Below, in pieces: positions 62,430 through 64,000 of a stretch of DNA of 64,000 nucleotides. Below the pieces are notes generated by a model that saw only the letters and a program-made list of their open reading frames with translations, was not told the origin of the DNA and did no database searches. The stretch lies in the NCBI GenBank assembly GCA_965226555.1, contig CBDDDG010000010.1, forward strand, positions 192,001 through 256,000. Reading direction: 5' to 3'. A program made the translations under genes and the position numbers. The DNA comes from Salinispira sp. (GTDB lineage: Bacteria; Spirochaetota; Spirochaetia; DSM-27196; Salinispiraceae). The stretch's first letter is position 1. Every line of letters starts with the position of its first letter.

Positions 62430-63413
62430 ATGCGTATGAGAATTGCTGATCATAATAAACTTATTACAAGTATTAATCTATGTGTTTCAACTCTTTTGAT
62501 AATTCACGGAAGTATTTTTATTATTCTTGCGCTCATTTTCATGTTCCCGCAGCGTTTGATTTTCTCATTTATTACCGCGCTGATTCTTTACCATATCATG
62601 TTGATAATTGGTCTTTCCAGACTTTCCGACTTGTTTGTGTATTCACAGACAGGCGGGCAGAACATCGACAGTCAGAAGACAGACCGGCAGGATACCGGCG
62701 AGCATGATCATACTATCAGCAAAAAACGGCTTGACCATATAAACATTCCCATAATTCTCACGCTCATGCGAATTACCAGCCTCGTTACAATTATTGTACT
62801 CATATTCCTCATACATACCTACCCTCTTCTGAATGTACTCATTGTATACATGATTACCGCCTTCATTACCGACCTCCTCGATGGCATTGTCTCCCGCAGG
62901 ACACGGCAGACAACAATAATTGGCGCGTATCTGGACAGCATAAGCGATTATGCCATGCTCTTTACCATTTCCATTGCCTATTTCCGCTTTCATCTTCTGC
63001 CGGATTGGTTCATCATTCTGGTTATTATCCGCTTGGCTTTTCAGGCGACAATTGTTATCGGCATATCAATTCGAAAAGGAAGCATGGAAATTCACCGTTC
63101 AAGCGTGGTTGCGAAGGCAGCTATTTTCCTTGTGATGCTCACATATGCCTGCGCCCTGCTCCGTCTCTTTTCGAATCCGGGACCAATATATCTGCAATTC
63201 ATGCGTATTTTGGAGTGGATATGCACCATAGTTTTGCTTGTATCTCTGATGGAGAAGTGCATGCTGTTTCTTTACGACCTTCGATCCCGAAAACAGAAAA
63301 TGCGGGAAGCGGGAGGAGCGCAGGAAGGGGGAGGAGCGCGGGAAGAGCGCGGGGCGCGGGAAGGGCGCGGGGCGCAGGAAGGGGGAAGGGCGCGGGAAAA
63401 ATTAGGCGAGTGA
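62430..63413 (+). CDS. CDP-alcohol phosphatidyltransferase-family protein with extra N-terminal TM segments
   Basis: TDLLDGIVSR...T..GAYLDSISD; 18 bp G-rich repeats at the 3' end. Confidence 0.8.
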   Translation: MRMRIADHNKLITSINLCVSTLLIIHGSIFIILALIFMFPQRLIFSFITALILYHIMLIIGLSRLSDLFVYSQTGGQNIDSQKTDRQDTGEHDHTISKKRLDHINIPIILTLMRITSLVTIIVLIFLIHTYPLLNVLIVYMITAFITDLLDGIVSRRTRQTTIIGAYLDSISDYAMLFTISIAYFRFHLLPDWFIILVIIRLAFQATIVIGISIRKGSMEIHRSSVVAKAAIFLVMLTYACALLRLFSNPGPIYLQFMRILEWICTIVLLVSLMEKCMLFLYDLRSRKQKMREAGGAQEGGGAREERGAREGRGAQEGGRAREKLGE

Positions 63414-64000
63414 GTATACTGCGCGGTATTTTTCGCGCAGATAGTTCATGAAATGGGAAGCATTCAGAGTTTCTCCGCTTATTTCAACCGCAAGCTCCGC
63501 TGCCGTTTTGCTGGAACCGTAGCGGTATATCTTTTTCTGAAGCCATGAATGAATACCGGAGAACTCGCCGGCGGCGATCTGGCTCCCGACATCGGGCAGG
63601 TCCTTCACCATGGCGTTCCAGAACTGCGATGCGTAGAGGTTGCCCAGAGCATAGGTGGGAAAATAGCCAAAAAGGCCGGCGCTCCAATGCACATCCTGAA
63701 GAATACCCTCGGCTGCCGTTGCAGGGACAATGCCAAGCATGCTTTTCATACCCTCATTCCATGCCTCGGGAAGATCCTTCACCGCTATGTTTCTGCTGAT
63801 AATGTCTTTCTCAAGCTCAAAACGGAGCATGACATGCAAACTATAGGTAACTTCATCGGCTTCCACCCGAATAAACGAGGGCTCCACCTTGTTTATTCCG
63901 CGCCAGAATGTATCGGCTTCAATTCCTTCAAGATTTTCGGGGAATAGTTTTTTGAGCCCCGGCAGAAAATACTGCCAGAATTCGCGGCTGCGTCCGATGA
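63402..64000 (-). CDS. Carboxypeptidase Taq (M32), C-terminal part
   Basis: IRVEADEVTY.LH, G.LQDVHW..G.FGYFPTYALG. Confidence 0.92.
   Translation of the reverse strand, partial: IGRSREFWQYFLPGLKKLFPENLEGIEADTFWRGINKVEPSFIRVEADEVTYSLHVMLRFELEKDIISRNIAVKDLPEAWNEGMKSMLGIVPATAAEGILQDVHWSAGLFGYFPTYALGNLYASQFWNAMVKDLPDVGSQIAAGEFSGIHSWLQKKIYRYGSSKTAAELAVEISGETLNASHFMNYLREKYRAVYSLA

Overview
Bacterial chromosome segment, most consistent with a spirochaete (inferred from gene content only). The housekeeping backbone is prfB (partial), ftsY, an LPP20/LpoB lipoprotein cluster, lolE-lolD-lolE, mcsA-mcsB-like, hisHF, an FtsI-like PBP, a MAF-family gene, tRNA-Ile(CAU), oppABCDF, GDPD, a ROK kinase, glnS, pgsA and an M32 peptidase (partial). 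Three accessory zones interrupt it: a small lipoprotein/Fn3-remnant islet (8.4-10.1 kb), a cluster of decayed Rpn/YhgA-like genes with an IS481-like remnant (18.1-22.9 kb), and a ~22 kb defence island (26.8-48.7 kb). The island is built on a type I R-M system: hsdM, HEPN, an MNT::HsdS fusion, an RloC-like gene, a vWA/J-domain pair, IS3, an ABC-ATPase-TOPRIM gene, HNH, Rpn and hsdR. The strongest unexplained signals are four. (1) A dispersed family of 25-126 bp AT-rich palindromic elements flanked by 5-bp direct repeats; removing one copy restores an Rpn reading frame. (2) Serial duplication of the hsdR 5' end around inserted genes. (3) A conserved Rpn leader, plus internal RBS/ATG sites typical of small Rpn antitoxins. 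(4) An identical 15-bp motif 20-21 bp upstream of the -35 box of three unrelated promoters. All family assignments come from motif recognition, not database searches.
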